Source: the human T2T-CHM13v2.0 reference genome, Homo sapiens. Taken from it: a DNA stretch of 64,000 nt. Below, one piece after another: positions 41,651-58,660 of this stretch. The translations under genes and the position numbers were made by a program. The notes under the pieces are model-generated. The model saw only the letters and a program-made list of their open reading frames with translations. It did no database searches and was not told the origin of the DNA. Where the stretch lies: NCBI RefSeq assembly GCF_009914755.1, contig NC_060942.1; one strand, given 5' to 3'. Each line of letters opens with the position of its first letter. Position 1 is the first letter of the stretch.

Positions 41651-44600
41651 CGTTCACAAGGGTTTCTGTTAATTCTCTATCCATGGCAGGTTGGCACTTT
41701 CCTCTAGGGTGGGATGCCCTCACCTCACATCTTCTGCTCAATGCTCTCCATCCCCTGGTCTCCTAAGGCACTGTCTCCCTCTCCAGTTGGACTATTTTCT
41801 TTTCCTGGATATTTTGGGCCTGAACCTTTAGATATCAGGACTCTAATTAGCAGAAAGCCTTATGAGCAAGATGACAGTTTTCATCAAAGAGAAAGAGTTC
41901 TCCAAAAGGTAAATTAAGAAAGAGGGTAAAGTATGTATTTAGTGGCTTCCTCTTAGAAGGAAAAAAAAGAACTGGAAAGATTTGTTAAAATTCAAGTCAG
42001 AGTCATCCTTCCACAGATTCCAACACTACCTAAAAATGGAGCCATCTTCACTCACAGTCGAGACATTAAAACACAAGAAAGCATGACACTTGCTGGTCTA
42101 ATCCTAGAGAAGTAACTGAGGCATGGGTACGTGCTGCATGCATGGAAGGGAAGTCAGGTCAAGGAGAAGCTCTAGACCCAGTAGAGCTCAGAAATGAACA
42201 TTTCTAGCACTATAGGACTTCCTCCTACCTTGAGTGAAGAGCAGTGATGAGTTCACATCCTGCAGCCAACAGCCACCTCTGAGGAACAGGTGTCTGATCA
42301 TGGACAGGAGAGTCAGAAAAAGAGACAGACTACCCAAGAAAATCATGAAATTCAAGGATGGCCAGCTTTGTCTGAGGCATCCCCATTCCATTCCCTCAGG
42401 GTTCCTGTCATCCCAGCCAAGTGCTGCCAATTACGCTGGTGCTTATGGCCTGCCTCACCCTGTGTTCCTGTATGAACTGAAACACAAAATAAAAATAAGC
42501 ACCATCCAGACATTAGTTATCAATGCAATAAAGAATCAAGAATATCTAAACAGCAGTAGCTTAGGGACCACAACTAGTTGAAATAGTGCACTAGAGCATT
42601 TATTTTAATGCTGATGTTTGCATAGTACCACACTGTGTAACTTAGAATGTAAATGTCTCGGGAATGGTAGGGCAACGGGCACTATTGATGGAAATATCTT
42701 AGTATGAGATGGTGTGCTAAACCATAGTTATCTTACAAATGATGTTTTCTCTACCTCCATTTGCATTCATGGAAAAAAAATTGAGTAATTGACATTATCA
42801 TTTTTACCAGCTACCATCATTCATTGAATTGAGCACAAAAAGTCAAATAGTCTGTCATAGGTTCTCACCTTTTAGAATCTATAGAAGACAATATTCTTAG
42901 GGTCTAAACCCTGTTAGCTTGGACAATGAATATGAAAAAAAAAACACTGAGATTTTTCTTTATTTTAATCTTCAATAAGCAAATAATTGCTATCTAAAAG
43001 TGTGTCTATTCCTAACCAATTTTGTACAAGGAACTGTTGTGAGGATAGAGTGAGGAGATAATGTGAAACAGCTGAGGACTCTAACACTCAACTCGAAGGA
43101 TAAAGGATGTTATTATTCAGCTGTGCTATTGGGATTTTATTAGCCCTTCTACTCAACACACACAGGAACACATACATATGTACACACATGGATGCACACA
43201 AACAGTGTGTAGAAGAAGAACACAAAGTAGGAAATACACAGAAATGACTGAATGGAATCAAAAATTAGGAGATGACATCAAGAACCCTATAAATGGACAT
43301 TGTAGAAAAGTTATTGTTCAACTCACTCAAGTTGATCTGAAACACAAAAATCGTTTGACTACATGGAGCAGCCAAACTTGATGCAGGCAAAGATATAGTC
43401 TAAGAGACATTTTAAAAAATAATTGGAAGGGTAACAGTTGGCAAAGCAGAAAGAGGCTAAAATGATGGTTCAGGGTTGACTTACAGTGTCTGGGCACCTA
43501 AGAGGCCCAGAACCGTGATGAAATCATAACAGGTTCTCAACAAATGTTGTGTATTTGTATTGCAATCAAAATTTTGTCAGATTTGATTTGCTCTCCCCAA
43601 GCAGTCAGTGTTCTAGCAGAGCTAGAGTTTTATCGCTCTTAGTAATGCAAAGTTATGTTGTTGCCTAAGATGTAATGTTAAAATACATTTCACTTTATTT
43701 ATAAAATATATAGGTTTTAGGAAGGCTGTAAGATATATTTGATATATATTTGGGACTCTAAAGATTTTCCTAAGCTTCTATAATCTTTAGTCCAAATATA
43801 TCTGATCTCAGTCTTCACCCAGTAAATTACATTTGTAGTAATAGTTTAAAAAGAAAAGAAATTGTAGGATACTATTTATAGCTTCAAAGATAATTATACC
43901 ACTTAACATTTTTATGATGCTTTATAATTTACAAAGGGCTTTCACTAACCTATTATAATTCCTCACCTTTTCTTATGTTTCTGTTTCCTGGTTTTGAAAT
44001 GCCTACAACACAATACACCAAGACAGGCCTATTATACCCAAACTGCATATAAAAAACTGCAGCTGAATAATTAAATGAGGCAATTATTATCAAAATTTTA
44101 TGACAAAAATCACTAAAGTCAGAGGTAGATGAATCCTCAGAGTCTGAGAATATAATCCAAAGCAATCTATCAAGATAAAAAATTACTCTTTAAGTATCCT
44201 GCTTTATTTTTCCAACTTCTGGATCTGGGTAGGATATAGTAGGTAGAAATAAGCTCACACAACAATTATGGAATAAAATAAATCAAAGTAAGTAATCAAC
44301 ACCACCATAAAAGTCATATTGTTAATGGCATTGAATATCTATTGAAGTAAAGATGACTAAGTTAATTTAATACAACAGAGGATAAAGTCTTAGGTGAGCT
44401 GATATGAATGCTTCTTTTCTACCTTGGAGGCATCTGCTGAGTATTGATTTAAAATTGAACTTGCTATAGGAGAAAATGTCTTTTGGGAAAAGAGAAACTA
44501 GTGGAGTTTTTGATAACTCCATAGGGGCTAGAATGTGAATTGGAATCTAGACGATCACCAAGGTCATATCCCAGTTTTCTGAATGAGACATTTACTGAGT

Positions 44601-45980
44601 CCAGGAGTAGGATGAGAGGCTAGATGCTAAGAAGAAAAGGCAACATAAAGTCACCCACAATTTCTGATGCTTAAGAAACAAAGTCTGGCTTTGGGGAGGA
44701 ACCTACAACAAACATTCAACAAGTTTCATCTTCGAGACATTTGGAACCAAAAGAAAATGAAGTATAAGCTCAAGACAGCCTTAACAGACCTAATTAAACT
44801 TATTTACCCATTATTCTCTGGAGAAAAATAAAATCAACTTCAACATTTATTATTTTATACACTAATCCTGTGCATAGTAAATACATATATATTAGACATG
44901 TGAAAAGGTAAGAAATGTGACAAATAGTCAAGAGAAAAAACACACTATAAGCAGATCCACAGGTGATACACAGAGTTAAGACTTTAATATGAATGTTAAA
45001 ACAAGAGATAAAAATGAAGGAAAAGACAATTTCAACAAATAATTGGAATCAATAAAAAATACAAATAACATTCCAGAACTGAGAAATACAATAAATAAAA
45101 TTAAAAATTTATTAGACACATTAGCAGGTTTGGCAAAGCAGAAAACAAACTCAAAGATAGGTCAATAAAAATATATATAATTGAAACACAGACCAAAAAT
45201 ACACAATAGAACAGAGAATAAGAGACAGGTAAGACATAGTCAAATGGTCAGACATTCATGTAATTGAAGTTCCAGGAAAGAAAAAAGAAAATGAAGCTGA
45301 AATAATATTTGTAGAGATGATGGCTAAAAATTTCCCAAAACTGATAAAAATAAATGTCAAATTAACAGATTTCAGATGTATTGGTAACCCCAAGTAGTAT
45401 AAATAATAAAGGAATCACATCTAGGCACATCCTCATGTAATTGCAGACAATAAGAAAACTAGATGCAACAAGCTCAAATATAAAAACAATTTTGCAATTT
45501 TTTTAAACAAAATCAAGGAAACAAGACAATAAAATGATACCTTTAAGGTTCTAGGGGCAAAAAATCTACCACCTTACAATTCTAACTCCAGTGAAAATAT
45601 TCCTCAAATGTAAATCTATTTTCAGACAGAGCCCACCACCCCCCCAAAAAAAAGTAAAGAAGTCATATTCAGCAGACTAACACTATAATATACCAGCAAA
45701 TTCCCCAGAGGTAAAATGAACCGAGATAAAAGCATTATTAAGAACACTAGAAAAGAAATATTAGGGTAAATATAAAATATTCCCCTTTAAATCAGCAATA
45801 TTTAGAGTGTCTTGTGGAGTTTTAACATAGGTAGAAGTAAAATACATGACAATAATATGCAAAGGATAGAAAGGGGTAACCATATTTAAACTGCTCAAGG
45901 TTCTTGCCTTTTGGAGAGGAAATGGTAAAAATACAAATAAGGTAGACTCTAATTAATCAAACTTACTTTAATCTCTAAAG

Positions 45981-46182
45981 CAGTTGTCTGCAAATCACAG
46001 CCTGTGAACAAATCTGGCTAGCAACTTAGTTTTATAAAGTTTTATTGGCACACAACCACAGCTATTTGTTTACTTGTTATCTATGTTAGCTTTCACATTA
46101 CAACTGCAGGGTTGAGTAGTTTCCCAGAGATCACACAGCTCCCAACAACAAAATATTTTCAGAAAAAGTTTGCAGACCCCTA
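45981..46182. mobile_element. MER58A hAT-Charlie MITE
   Basis: CAGTTGTCTGCAAA ... TTTGCAGACCCCTA TIRs; AAAGTTTTATTGGCACACA core; 8-bp TSD CTCTAAAG/TTCTAAAG. Confidence 0.88.
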
Positions 46183-46302
46183 TTCTAAAGGAAAAAACAA
46201 AGTCCATGACTCAAAAAGTTAACAGAGAAGGTAAAATGCAATTAGAAGCCATGATTAGGACAAGAAAAGGCAGGAAAGAAACAATACATAAACATAGAAT
46301 TA

Positions 46303-46556
<254 letters not shown>

Positions 46557-47431
46557 GGCAATGAATTTCAGGCTAGACTGAAAAATATGTAACTGAGCAA
46601 AAGACACACATTTTAATTTTAAGAAAGGACTGAGAAAGATTTACCAGGCAGACAAAAAACAACAGATAGCTAGTATAGTGACATTAGTATCAGACACAAT
46701 AGACTTCAAGGCTAAAATATTACTATGTAGATAAAGAGTAATTTCATCAGGAAAACATAAACATCCTAAATGTATAATAAAATAGCCACAAAATATATAA
46801 AGCAAAAATGTATCTAAAGGTCTTAAAGAAACTCTAAACTTCTAAAGAACTTGAAGAAATAGACAAAGGACTGATCATAGTTGGAGAATTTAACACACCT
46901 TGCTCAGTAACTGAAAGAACACACAGAGCAAAAAAAAAGCAAGGATACTGAAGATTTAAACAACCTATGTAAACCAAATTGACCGAGTCGACAACTATGA
47001 AAGACTGTATCAAACGGCTTAGAGTTCTTACGGAACATTTATCAAAATAATCCATATGCTAATCCATAGAGCAAGTCTTAACAAATTTCAAAGGACTGAA
47101 ATAATACTAAGGTCTGTTCTCTATCGTGGCCTGCAACTAGGAAAAACATACAGAAAGCTAACTAGAAATAAAACACGCTTCCAAAAAATCCATGCCTCGA
47201 ATAAGAAATCATAATGGAAGTTTAAAAATATGTTGAATGGAACCTAATAAAGATATGATATGTCAAAGTGGGATGTAATTAAGGATCTGGTCATGGGGAA
47301 ATTTATAGCTTTAAATGCACATAAAAGATTGAAAATCAAAATCTGAGTTTTCATTTTAAAAAGCTAGAAAATAGCAAATTAAACCCAAAGAAGAAAGATG
47401 AAACAAAAATAGGAGAAAATACAGAAAACAG

Positions 47432-47545
47432 ATATTATCTTTAACAAATGTGGAAACTCAGGTAGAGAGAAGTAAATTGCCCAGATTGCATTATTAGCAA
47501 CGGGCAGCACTATGACTTGAATCCCGGTAGTCTGATACCAGAATT
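47432..47545 (-). mobile_element. MIR fragment
   Basis: ACAAATGTGGAAACTCAGG..AGAGAAGTAAATTGCCCAG..GACTTGAATCCCGGTAGTCTG. Confidence 0.7.
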
Positions 47546-48043
47546 TATACTTTTAGTGGTTATCTGAACAGACTCACAGAAAGACCCAACCAGGTTTTGA
47601 GCATCATAGCTAAGCAATATTCCACTGTGCACTATTGAAGCCACCACCAATGCTCTCTCCAGCTTAGTATGAGATTCTGCCTCTACTGCTCTGGCCCTGA
47701 CTATTGATGACTTACCAGGTGCCAACCTGGTCTATAACTGCTCCTGATATGAGCCCACTATACAACTGCCACTTAGACCCATATTTTAAGCAGCCTCACT
47801 GTAACTCCTGGCTCTAATCAAAGTTTTAGTTGCAGCCCTGCCCCTAAACGTGTCCTGCCCTGGAAACTCACTCTGGCCACACTCATACCTCAGAAGCTCA
47901 GCCAGTGCTATTCTCCATCTCCCATTGCCTGGACCCACTAGAATCACAAAAATGTCAACTAGGGAAATAGACCTATCTGTCTCCCACTTTGGCCACAAAA
48001 TCTACAGAGTGAAACAACATAGAGAATACTATACAGAGCTTTT

Positions 48044-48202
48044 GGGTGGGGGGAGTGGGGAGGGATAGCATTGGGAGATATACCTAATGCTAGATGACGA
48101 GTTAGTGGGTGCAGCGCACCAGCATGGCACATGTATACATATGTAACTAACCTGCACAATGTGCACATGTACCCTAAAACTTAAAGTATAAAAAAAAAAG
48201 AG
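48044..48202 (+). mobile_element. Young, severely 5'-truncated L1 (L1PA2-type) insertion
   Basis: Near-consensus young L1 3' end GGGATAGCATTGGGAGATATACCTAATGCTAGATGACGAGTTAGTGGGTGCAGCGCACC..CCCTAAAACTTAAAGTATA(A)n; perfect 15-bp TSD CTATACAGAGCTTTT at 48029-48043 and 48203-48217. Confidence 0.95.
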
Positions 48203-48442
48203 CTATACAGAGCTTTTCACTGAGCTGCTACAAAGAAATTCCAAATAAATTTGAGCAGAAATTTCCTTACAAGTTGTTCCATGGCATTTTTCCGTAAAAT
48301 ATACATAAAGAAGGCAACTTGTTGCCAATTACCCAAAAAATTAACTAAAGAGTTGGCTTCGGGGTTTTTAGTTTTTGTTTTGCACTGCACAGTTGTTTGG
48401 GAGACAGTAGATATTAACTAAAAATATTTTGGTATCAGAGTA

Positions 48443-49120
48443 TGTAGTAAAGAATGACCCTGACCAAAGAAGAGATAGGGCCTTTGTCCTGGACTTCTGG
48501 GAGGTAATTTCTGAGCCCTTGGAATGTTATGCCTCATATGAGTGTCTTTGTTTGCCTGGGAACACTGAGTCATCCTAGATGCTCCAACTGTATGACTTAG
48601 GGTGAGGGCTGGCTACACCCATGAGGTCTTAGAGCGGGGCCTGGTCACACCAGAAAGACCAACAATGTAACAGGGTGGTTGCTTTCTATATACTGTATCA
48701 GGTGACCTGGAGGCTGAAGTCAACTACATGGACAATCAATCATGCCTATGCAATGGAGTCCCAATAAAAAGTCTGAACACTGAGGTTCAGTGAGCTTCCC
48801 TAGTTGGCAATACCCCATATGTATTATCCCACATAGATGCTGGGAGGTGATGTACCATCAGTAGAAGGTAACAGGAACTCATTTGGTACTCTCACAGACT
48901 CTGCTCTATGTATCTCTTCACTGGGCTGATTTTAATCTGTATCCTTTTTTCTGTGGTAAACCATAACCGTGACTATAACAGCTTTCTGTGAGTTTTTCTA
49001 GTGAATTATCAAATTGGAGAATGATTGCTGAGAACCCCTCCAACTTGCATTTGGTGTCTAAAGTAAGGGCAGTCCAGGGGGCGGCATCCTGTAAGCTTTG
49101 TAGTTGGCCCAAACTTCTCA
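48443..49120 (+). mobile_element. ERVL solo LTR of the MER77/MER21 group
   Basis: TGTAGTAAAGAAT..CTTCTGGGAGGTAATTTCTGAGCCCTTGGAATG..CCAATAAAAAGTCTG..GTGAGCTTCCCTAGTTGGCAATAC..CTAGTGAATTATCAAA. Confidence 0.75.
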
Positions 49121-50234
49121 TACAGGGCACGGTCTGAGTTTGCTAGTGTTCTACCAGCCATTTTTAATAGAAAGTCAGGCAAGGTTAGAGATTGTTTATA
49201 TCACTGTTTTATTAATATGTATCTGCCCTTCCATCCTTTGTCACAGACATGCTTTACAACATCATTAAAATTATATATTCCATGTCAACTGGGCCCCTGT
49301 CATTTATACAAACACAAAAGCAAAGAAAAAAGTTTGAAAACTGAGTCCTTCTACAGCTCCCAAGGTCCCTATTGTCTGATCATGCCATCTTTACCCAACT
49401 CCTTTGCCTCCTTGACCTTGATTTTAAGCAGACTCCTTCCTGCCTCACCACATTCTTTGTTCAGGCCTCTGTGACTTAATGCATGCAACTCCCTTCCCCA
49501 TCAACTCCTTCCATCCCCTCCTTCCTGTTTAATGTCACCATGTTTCAGAGAAAGAAATTAAGTCATTGCTTCTCCATTATGTAGCCATCATTTATGGCAA
49601 TAACCTCACAAGGTTGATAAGGCTTTCAGTGAAGTAATATTTATAAAGGAGAACATTACTTGACACATAGTAGGTACAATGTTAGCCTTAGCTACTGTTA
49701 ATATTACTATTACTCCTATTGCTATTGCATGACAGTCATTTTTGACCCCATTTTATAGTGTCTATGACAATTAAGCTTTCAATTGCATCTATAATTGTTA
49801 TTCTCTATTCTATACCCATTACCTTCTGGATTATTGTGCCGTTAGGGCAAAATCCATGTCTGTTATTTTCCTTTGCTGATAGAGATTTCAGGTACAAAGT
49901 GCGTGCTGAATCTTTTTGGCCTACTGATAGATTCTGAGAATATTGGAATGATAGCACATAATCTACCCATGTTAATGAGGGACACAATATTTGAACCCCT
50001 ACAATATGTCAGTGTGTATCATTTATTCTCCAGGGTCCTGGGTTTTAGAGTTTTATAAAGATTTCAGATTTACAGCCATGACAATTTGTTACTAGAAAAT
50101 ATGAAAGAAACTATAGACACTGGGCTCTCTGCTTCATGTTCAATTTGCTCATAAAAGATATACTAGTATTCATCAATACCAACTTCTCCTATACTTGTAA
50201 TCACAGGAAAGACAGTACTTCCCAGTATTTGAAA

Positions 50235-50438
50235 ACTGTTTTGTGACCCCTTGCTTTCTTCTGTTTCTCTTGAGGATTGGTGACATTGCAAATAGTGGAG
50301 TCTTTCAGTCTAGGTCCTAGAGCAAAGCCCAAGTCAACTTGCATTGGACATGAGAGAGAAACTACTGTGGTATGGAGTGACTAATATTTATGGATTAATT
50401 TGTCATGGCACAGTACATAATCTCTTCTGGTTGGTACT
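50235..50438 (+). mobile_element. MaLR (MLT1J-like) LTR fragment
   Basis: CAGTCTAGGTCC..TGGACATGAGAGAGAAAC..TTTGTCATGGCACAGTAC. Confidence 0.5.
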
Positions 50439-51065
50439 CTAAGCAAATAGGAAGAAAAAAGCAGTTCAAAATACTTGTATCATTTTATTAACACTGCCTT
50501 CTTGTACCACAATTTTTTTAAAAAACCACTTCAGTTATGATTGACAAAAAGCTGTACATGTTTAATGTATACAACATTAGTTTGCAAATGCAATCATAAA
50601 ATCATCACCATAATCAATGCCATAAACATATACATCAACTCCAAAAGTTTCATCTTACCCTCCTGACTTTGTGATAAGAGCATTTAACATAAAAATTTGC
50701 TAAGAGGGTAGATACTAAGTGTACAAGTATTGTCAACTATAGTCACTATGCAGTATAGAAATTTCTTTTTGGTTTTCTTTTTTCATTTTACAATGGATTT
50801 AATTATTTCTAATCAAATAATGGATTTGATTATTTGCAATGGATGTGATTTTTTATATTTTATTATACTTTAAGTTCTAGGGTACATGTGCACAACATGC
50901 AGGTTTGTTACATAGGTATACATGTGCCATGTTGGTGTGCTGCACCCAGCAACTCGTCATTTACATTAAGTATATCTCCTAATGCTATCCCTCCCCCCTC
51001 CCCCCACCGCACAACAGGCCCCACTGTGTGATGTTCCCCTTCCTGTGTCCAAGTATTCTCATTGT

Positions 51066-54899
<3,834 letters not shown>

Positions 54900-54962
54900 T
54901 ATGATGTTAGCTGGTTATTTTGCCCATTAGTTGATGCAGTTTCTTCCTAGCATCAATGGTCT

Positions 54963-55917
54963 TTATAATTTGGCATGTTTTTGCAGTGGCTGGTACCAGT
55001 TGTTCCTTTCCATCTGTAGTGCTTTCTTCAGGAGCTCTTTTAGGGCAGGCCTGGTGGTGACAAAATCTCTCAGCATTTGCTTGTCTGTAAAGTATTTTAT
55101 TTCTCCTTCACTTATGAAGATTAGTTTGGCTGGATATGAAATTCTGGGTTGAAAATTCTTTTCTTTAGGAATGTTGAATATTGGTCTTCACTCTCTTCTG
55201 GCTTGTAGAGTTTCTGCCATTCTCTCTGGTTGCCCTTAACATTTTTTCTTTCATTTCAACTTTGGTGAATCTGACAATTATGTGTCTTGGAGTTGCTCTT
55301 CTCAAGGAGTATCTTTGTGGTGTTCTCTTTATTTCCTGAATTTGAATGTTGGCCTGCCTAGCTAGGTTGGGGAAGTTCTCCTGGATAATATCCTGCAGAT
55401 TGTTTTCCAACTTGGTTCCATTCTCTCTGTCACTTTCAGGTACACCAGTCAGACTTAGATTTGGTCGTTTCACATAGTCCCATACTTCTTGGAGGCTTTG
55501 TTCATTTCTTTTTATTCTTTTTTCTCTGAACTTCGCTTCATTTCATTCATTTGATCTTCAATCACTGATACCCTTTCTTCCAGTTGATCGAATTGGCTAC
55601 TGAAGCTTGTGCATTCATCACATAGTTCTCATGCCATGGTTTCCAGCTCCATCAGGTCCTTTAAGGACTTCCCTGCATTGGTTATTCTAGTTAACCGTTC
55701 GTCTAATCTTTTTTCAAGGTTTTTAGCTTCTTTGCGATGGGTTCGAACTTCTTCCTTTAGCTCGGAGAAGTTTGATCGTCTGAAGCCTTCTCTCAACTCC
55801 TCAAAATCATTCTCCATCCAGCTTTGTTCCATTGCTGGTAAGGAGCTGCATTCCTTTGGAGGAGGAGAGGTGCTCTGATTTTTAGAATTCAGTTTTTCTG
55901 TTCTGTTTTTTCCCCAT
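54963..55917 (-). pseudogene. L1 ORF1p, disrupted
   Basis: ATGGGGAAAAAACAG start; fragments MEQSWMENDFEELRE and DIIQENFPNLARQANIQIQEI..RATPRHIIVRFTKVEMKEKML; deletion near 55220. Confidence 0.92.
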
Positions 55918-58129
55918 CTTTGTGGTTTTATCTACCTTTGGTCTTTGATGATGGTGATGTACAGATGGGGTTTTGGTGTGGATGCCCTGTTTGTTAGTTT
56001 TCCTTCTAACAGTCAGGACCCTCAGCTGCAGGTCTGTTGGAGTTTGCTGGAGGCCCACTCCAGACCCTGTTTTCCTGGGTATCAGCAGCGGAGGCTGCAG
56101 AACAGCAAATGTTGCTGCCTGATCGTTCCTCTGGAGGTTTCATCTCAGAGGGGTACCCGGCTGTGTGAGGTGTCAGTCTGCCCCTACTGAGGGGTGCCTC
56201 CCAGTTAGGCTACTCGGAGGTCAGGAGCCCACTTGAGGAGGCAGTCTGTCCGTCCTTAGATCTCAGACTCCATGCTGGGAGAACAACTACTCTCTTCAAA
56301 GCTGTCAGACAGGGACATTTAAGTCTGCAGAGGTTTCTGCTGCCTTTTGTTCGGCTCTGCCCTGCCCCCAGAAGTGGAGTCTACAGAGGCAGGCAGGCAG
56401 GCCTCCTTGAACTGCAGTGGGTTCCACCTAGTTTGAGATTCCTGGCCACTTTGTTTACCTACTCAAGCCTCAGCAATGGCAGGCACCCCTCCCCCAGCCT
56501 CGCTGCCGCCTTGCAGTTCGATCTCAGACTACTGTGCTAGCAATGAGTGAGGCTTTGTGGGCGTGGGACCATCCAAGCCAGGCATGGGATATAATCTCCT
56601 GGTGTGCCGTTTGCTAAGACCATTGGAAAAGCGCAGTATTGGGGTAGGAGTGACCCGATTTTCCAGGTGCCATCTGTCACAGCTTTGCTTGGCTATGAAA
56701 GGGAATTCCCTGACCTCTTGCGCTTCCCGGGTGAGGCGATGCCTCTCCCAGCTTCGGCTCACACTCAGTATGCTGCACCCACTGTCCTGTACCCACTGTC
56801 CAGCAAGCCCCAGTGAGATGAACCCAGTACCTTAGTTGGAAGTGCAGAAATCACCCATCTTCTGCGTCGCTCACGCTGGGAGCTGTAGACTGGAGCTGTT
56901 CCTATTTGGCCATCTTGGAACTGCCCACGGTATAGAAATTTCTAAAACTTATTCATCTTGCATAACTACAACTGTCTATCCTTTGACTAATACCTGTTTC
57001 CTTCTCCCTTCTAACCCAAATCTTTGGCTATCACCATTCTTTTCTCTGCTTCTATGAGTTTGACTTCTCTCTGCTTCTGTGAGTTTATATTCCTTATATA
57101 AGTGGGACCATGTAGTATTTGTCCTGTGTCAGTCTAATTGATACAATTCTTAAAACAGCAAAGAACCTAGTTTGTTTTTCTCCCTACAGTTCTATTTTCA
57201 GTTTACTTTATTACTTTTATTTCAGTTTACTTTTATTTTATTATAGTTCTTTCAGTTTATTATAAAGAATTCAAACAAGTGTAGAAAATTGTACAGTTAA
57301 CAGATACTCACCACCTAAATTCCACATTTAACATTTTAGAATATTTGCTTTATCACTTATCTATCCATGTATCAACCCTCTTCTCCCCTCCATCCACTTA
57401 CACCTTCTACATTTTGATGCATTTTAAAGTTAGTGATATCAGATTACTTTCCCAATTCTCACACTTCACACATAACGATGGCCCAAGATCAATATCCAGG
57501 AAGTAATGAGTAAAGGTTTACAACAGATACCTATTAAGTCCCTATGTGCTACATACCTGAGATACAAATAAGTGAGCTTCAAGGCCAAAACAGCAAGATG
57601 TCCAACACTGCCAAACACTTGCCAACACAAACATCCTCTCACCCTCCTTCAAACAGTGAAGATGCTGAGCTGTCCATTTATAGCATCATTTGTTCTTTCA
57701 CAGCTGCTTATAGAAAGTGCAGTTCTCAGCTTCAGACACTGAAGTCCAATGAATCAAACATAATGAGTCTGACATGTCACTGACTAAAACCCAGGCAAAA
57801 TGCTGTGGGTTCCACACCATTGCCTCAATTAAAGTCATGTCTTAGATTTTCATTATTTTGTTGCTATAGACACTTTAACAAATTGTTGGACGTTATGTTT
57901 CCATTAAAAGTTTTCTTTGTGCTTTTCCTGTTTTCTCAGGATTCACTGGTAAATATCTTCAATGATATCATCTCCCAAAAGTAAAGTAGGTTTGAAGATA
58001 ATAAAAATAACTTAAATATTTTAACATGTAATATTAATACACAAAGTCTTATATAATGTAAACCGCAGTATTGTATACATTCCATTGTTATCCTCCCCTT
58101 CACATTTTTAGGTATATAAAAAATTGTAG

Positions 58130-58660
58130 TTGTCATCATCACCATTTTACAAATGAGAAGACGGAATATCAGACAGATTAAGCCTCAGAGGTGATAAGCT
58201 ATGGATCTGGAGTTCAAAGGCAGGCTTCTAGCTCCAAATCCCATAATTTTCCCTCTGCATTTGATGTAAGAATAAAATAAAAGTGTTTGGGGCAATGAAT
58301 AGTTCAACCCTATGTGAAATGTATAGCTTTGACACACTAACTCAAAGTGTTAAATATGTATTGTATTTCATGTGCATGTATGCAGATATGTTGTGTGTGC
58401 ATGTTACACATGGATTTAAGTATATATACACCCATATGTAACAGAAAAATCATTTGGACAGTTTCTTCCATGTCACAAGTTTTGTGCTAAGGGCTTTACA
58501 AATATTTTAATTTCATGCTCAGAGAACCCTTGTGTGTTGAGTATTATTACCCCTAAGGTACAAAGAAAACTGAGGCTCAGTGTAATTAGGCAATGTGCTC
58601 ACTGTTGCACTGATAATATGTAGCCAGGACTGTCTGGCTACAAAATGCATGCTCTTGAGC
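58130..58660 (-). mobile_element. Two MIR fragments (about 58130-58250 and 58460-58660)
   Basis: CCATTTTACAAATGAGAAGACGG; TATTATTACCCC..AAGAAAACTGAGGCTCAG. Confidence 0.7.

Noticed and set aside
57040-57262. 25-bp tandem duplication and TTTCAGTTTA low-complexity repeats
   Set aside because: Ordinary slippage in or next to old L1 sequence.
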